A stretch of 64,000 nucleotides of DNA from Pseudomonadota bacterium (GTDB lineage: Bacteria > Myxococcota > JACRCW01 > JAFGSX01): assembly GCA_043821645.1 (NCBI GenBank), contig JBDRCO010000118.1, positions 128,001 to 192,000 of the forward strand, given 5' to 3'. The translations under genes were made by a program, and so were the position numbers. Numbering within the stretch: the stretch's first letter is position 1; each line of letters begins with the position of its first letter. Positions 61,090 to 64,000 of this stretch are shown here, piece by piece. A model generated the notes under the pieces. The model made no database searches and had not been told where the DNA came from. It saw only the letters and a program-made list of their open reading frames with translations.

Positions 61090-61527
61090 TCACTCCTCGC
61101 TCGCGTCCAGGAACAGCTGCGGCGTCATGCTCAGACCCGCTCCCACCAGGGCCAGGCTGAGGCCGGCAGACAGGCTGAGCCAGCCGCCCGTCCACAGCGA
61201 CTGTCCCTCGGACATCTTGAGCCGGTATCCCGTCAGGTCCGTGACCACGGGAGTCGGTGCGCCGTCGAGATCCCGCGTTTGCGTCAGGCCCACCCGCACC
61301 TCCTCGTAGAACACCAGTGTGTAGGTGCTCAGCAGGGTGACGCCCATCCCGGCGAGGGCGCCACCGACGATGGCGCCAAGGTTGCCAAAGGTGCGCAGCA
61401 GCTCGCGGGTGGCGGCATCCTCGTCGCCGCGCAGATCGGAGGCACTGCCAGGCACGGGCGCTTCGGCTGCCGCGGGCGGTGACAGACCGAGCAGCGACAG
61501 GGTGAGCAGGGTGGCGCAGAGTTTCAT
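61090..61527 (-). CDS. Hypothetical membrane protein
   Basis: Signal peptide MKLCATLLTLSLLGL plus two hydrophobic segments. Confidence 0.6.
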   Translation of the reverse strand: MKLCATLLTLSLLGLSPPAAAEAPVPGSASDLRGDEDAATRELLRTFGNLGAIVGGALAGMGVTLLSTYTLVFYEEVRVGLTQTRDLDGAPTPVVTDLTGYRLKMSEGQSLWTGGWLSLSAGLSLALVGAGLSMTPQLFLDASEE

Positions 61528-61608
61528 GCGACGTGGATCCTTTGTGGACTGCCGAGCGGGACAGATCTTAGCGCGCTTGCGCGGCCGGAGCACAAGAGTC
61601 CCTCTCGG

Positions 61609-63027
61609 TCAGCGCGCAGGCTGCGAGGAGGGTTCCGTGGCATCTTCCCAAGGCCAGCGAACGCCAGGCTGTGACGCCGCCGCGTCCTCGACGCCGGGGT
61701 CGGCCTCGAAGCCATAGAGCGCCGGGATGACGAAGGGCCGCAGTGCGCGCGGTATCACCCGCAGCAGCACCAGCGCGAGTCCGGTGGCGGCGACGCCGAC
61801 ACCCACGGTGCCGGTGGTGGCCGCGATGGCCGCGTACTGTCCGAGGTTCGAGGTCGACTGGTACTCGAGCCCTGCGAAGATGGTGCCGGCGAAGAACAGC
61901 ACCCCACCGGTGACCAGCAGGGTCTGCCCGGCGGAGCCCAGCACGCCGTCGGTGAGCGCGAAGGCGTCGATGGCGCTGTCCATGGGTTCGAGATCGCGCG
62001 TCGCGTCGGACAGCACCTCGCGGCCGGTCTGGCGCATCACCGCCTTGGCGCTGTCAGCCCAGCGCTGGGACTTGATCCACGGTCCCGCCACCGGGATCCA
62101 CTGCAGCAGCGTGAACTCGGGTTCGGCGCCTCCGGCCGCGGCGAGCAGAGCCCAGGCCCGGGTCCAGCCGGTGAGCGGTGGCTTGACCCACGATCCCTGT
62201 TGCGCGGCGCGCTGCTGCTCCGCGGTCACATGCCCGTGGGCCAGCAAGGCATACGAGGTTTCGAACACCCAGTCCGAGCCCTTGTCGCGAAGCTTGACGT
62301 AGCCCAGGTAGCCCAGCCCGCCCAGGGTCAGCAGCCCGGCCACGCCGACCGGGATGAAGTAGGGCGCCACGATCAGGGCCGGGATGGCGAGCACGGCGTA
62401 GCTCAACCCCGCCGCAATGGCGATGGCCAGGGCGGGATAGGTCACCAGATCCCGGAAGCCCTTGGCCAGGACCAGAGCCACGGCCGGTTGCCAGAACAGG
62501 ATGTCGCGCTCGCCGTGGTAGGTCTCGACGTACTGCACCGCGAGCACCGCCGGGAGGAGGCACGCCCACTCGACCACCGTCCCGATGACGTCGCCCACGC
62601 CGGGCAGCAGCACCAGCGGCAAGGTGATGGCCTCGCACATCTCGATGCTGCCGCGGACCGAGATCTCGACGGCCTGATCCGACTCCTGCCAGCCCTTTTG
62701 CGGTGCCTCGCCGGAAGCAACTGCGGCAGGTGGCTGGGGTGGTGTTGCGACGGGGGCGGGCGCCGGGGCACTGGGCGGGGGCGCGGCATGTTGTGACGAC
62801 GGTGATGCGGCAGGCGCCGACGCCGCTGCGGCGCTGGATTGCTCCGTCGCGGGAGCAGTGCTGGACGCTGCAGTGGTGGCCTCGCTTGCGTCGGGAACGG
62901 CCGGCGTGGCGACGGGAAGAGAGGTGGCCGCGTCCTGCGCTCGCAGCGCTGCCCCGGGGATGAGCAGGGAGACCAGCAGCGCAAGCACGATCCCGAGCGC
63001 TCGCACACCCCTTCGAGGAGTTCGCAT
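61609..63027 (-). CDS. Hypothetical multi-pass membrane protein with Pro/Ala-rich N-terminal linker
   Basis: 472 aa; signal peptide, low-complexity linker, several TM segments. Confidence 0.7.
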   Translation of the reverse strand: MRTPRRGVRALGIVLALLVSLLIPGAALRAQDAATSLPVATPAVPDASEATTAASSTAPATEQSSAAAASAPAASPSSQHAAPPPSAPAPAPVATPPQPPAAVASGEAPQKGWQESDQAVEISVRGSIEMCEAITLPLVLLPGVGDVIGTVVEWACLLPAVLAVQYVETYHGERDILFWQPAVALVLAKGFRDLVTYPALAIAIAAGLSYAVLAIPALIVAPYFIPVGVAGLLTLGGLGYLGYVKLRDKGSDWVFETSYALLAHGHVTAEQQRAAQQGSWVKPPLTGWTRAWALLAAAGGAEPEFTLLQWIPVAGPWIKSQRWADSAKAVMRQTGREVLSDATRDLEPMDSAIDAFALTDGVLGSAGQTLLVTGGVLFFAGTIFAGLEYQSTSNLGQYAAIAATTGTVGVGVAATGLALVLLRVIPRALRPFVIPALYGFEADPGVEDAAASQPGVRWPWEDATEPSSQPAR

Positions 63028-63036
63028 GTCGATGTC

Positions 63037-63474
63037 CTAGGAACGTTCCTGGGAGACCTGCACGAACACCAGCCGCAGATCATGCAGGATGGCCTCGAAC
63101 AGCCGCTTCTCGTCGGCCGTCAGGTTACCCCGGGTCTTCTCGTGCATCATGTTGAGGATGTCGATGGTCTGCCGCGCCAGGCCGAGATCGCGCTGGCGCT
63201 CGCCGGTCTCCGGCAGCGGCAGCACACCTAGGTGCATCAGGGCTTGCTGGGCGAGGCTCTGGATGAACGCGGCGAAGTCGATGAGCGGGGGCAGGCTCTC
63301 GCTCTCCTTCTCGTCGTGACGGTGGAGGTCAGGTGCCGGATCGGGATCCGCGGCGCGGGCAGGCTCGGCTGCCGGGGCTGCGGCCTCTTCCGGGCGCTCG
63401 TCTCCGCTCTCGTCGAGACGGCGGCGATCCACGACCTTGACTGTCTTGGCTTCTTCGTCTTCGCGCGGACTCAT
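63037..63474 (-). CDS. DUF1844 domain protein
   Basis: VKVVDRRR; IDFAAFIQSLAQQALMHLG...ARQTIDIL..KTRGNLT.DE. Confidence 0.85.
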   Translation of the reverse strand: MSPREDEEAKTVKVVDRRRLDESGDERPEEAAAPAAEPARAADPDPAPDLHRHDEKESESLPPLIDFAAFIQSLAQQALMHLGVLPLPETGERQRDLGLARQTIDILNMMHEKTRGNLTADEKRLFEAILHDLRLVFVQVSQERS

Positions 63475-63519
63475 GGCGGGCTCCATCGAGGCTGTGCGTG
63501 GCGCGCACGTTATCTCGGC

Positions 63520-64000
63520 CTAGAGCTTGAACTCGACCTGGTCGACGTAGCGACCGCGCTTGACCAGGAACACCACCTGGCCCTTGCGGCGGGCGCGCAG
63601 GATGCCATTGCGAAAGTCATCCAGGCTCTTCACGTCGGCGGCATTGACCTGCAGGATCACGTCGCCGGGCTTGAGCCTCGCCTTGGCTGCGGGCAGGCCA
63701 CCTTTGATCTGATCGATCACCACACCGCGGCCGTGGCGCGTGGCGGGCTCCTTGACGGTCAGGCCAAGCTGGCCCTCGATGATGCGGTCGGCCAGCTCGA
63801 GCGGCACCTTGGCCGCGGTGATGGCCAGATCCAGCGGTGCGCCACGGCGCAGGACCTGCATCCTGATCACGGTGCCCGCGGTGAAGTCGCGCATCTTGGC
63901 GGTGTAGTCGGCGGCGGTCTCGATGGGAAAGTTCTCGACGGTGACGATGACGTCACCGACCTTCAGCCCGCCGCTGGCCGCGGGGCCGCCGTCCTCGATG
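63520..64000 (-). CDS. HtrA/DegP-type protease, C-terminal PDZ domains (5' part beyond the window)
   Basis: GPAASGGLKVGDVIVTV and LPAAKARLKPGDVILQVN: two PDZ signatures. Confidence 0.75.
   Translation of the reverse strand, partial: IEDGGPAASGGLKVGDVIVTVENFPIETAADYTAKMRDFTAGTVIRMQVLRRGAPLDLAITAAKVPLELADRIIEGQLGLTVKEPATRHGRGVVIDQIKGGLPAAKARLKPGDVILQVNAADVKSLDDFRNGILRARRKGQVVFLVKRGRYVDQVEFKL

Overview
High-GC, myxobacterial-type (Myxococcota/deltaproteobacterial) chromosome segment containing the replication origin. From left to right: a degenerate HD-GYP gene plus HEAT-repeat gene, rnpA, rpmH, dnaA, oriC (DnaA boxes, CTA 'DnaA-trio' run, AT-rich element) and dnaN. A convergent block follows: bactofilin (BacM-like), parB, parA, rsmG (containing a parS) and dtd, with a stand-alone Fis-type HTH gene inserted antisense. 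Next is a cobalamin-riboswitch-led uptake operon (BtuB-like receptor, three uncharacterised lipoproteins, BtuF/C/D), then a minus-strand secA-lspA-lspA-mnmG-mnmE-Ser/Thr kinase run. The middle holds peptidases and Cys-rich secreted proteins, a SofG/MglA-like GTPase with a PocR-type kinase, thiL and a Dif-type chemosensory cluster, followed by an ECF sigma/anti-sigma locus. A translationally coupled five-gene unit joins a xanthine-dehydrogenase-family molybdoenzyme (large subunit with a histone-H1-like tail) to a geranylgeranyl-reductase-family gene and a divergent squalene/phytoene synthase. The right end has a second kinase, DUF362, kdsC, membrane hypotheticals, DUF1844 and the PDZ end of an HtrA protease. 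No mobile element, CRISPR, tRNA or rRNA was recognised. The best candidates for undescribed biology are the B12 operon's accessory lipoproteins and the molybdoenzyme-terpenoid operon. All calls come from motif reading by eye, not database searches.
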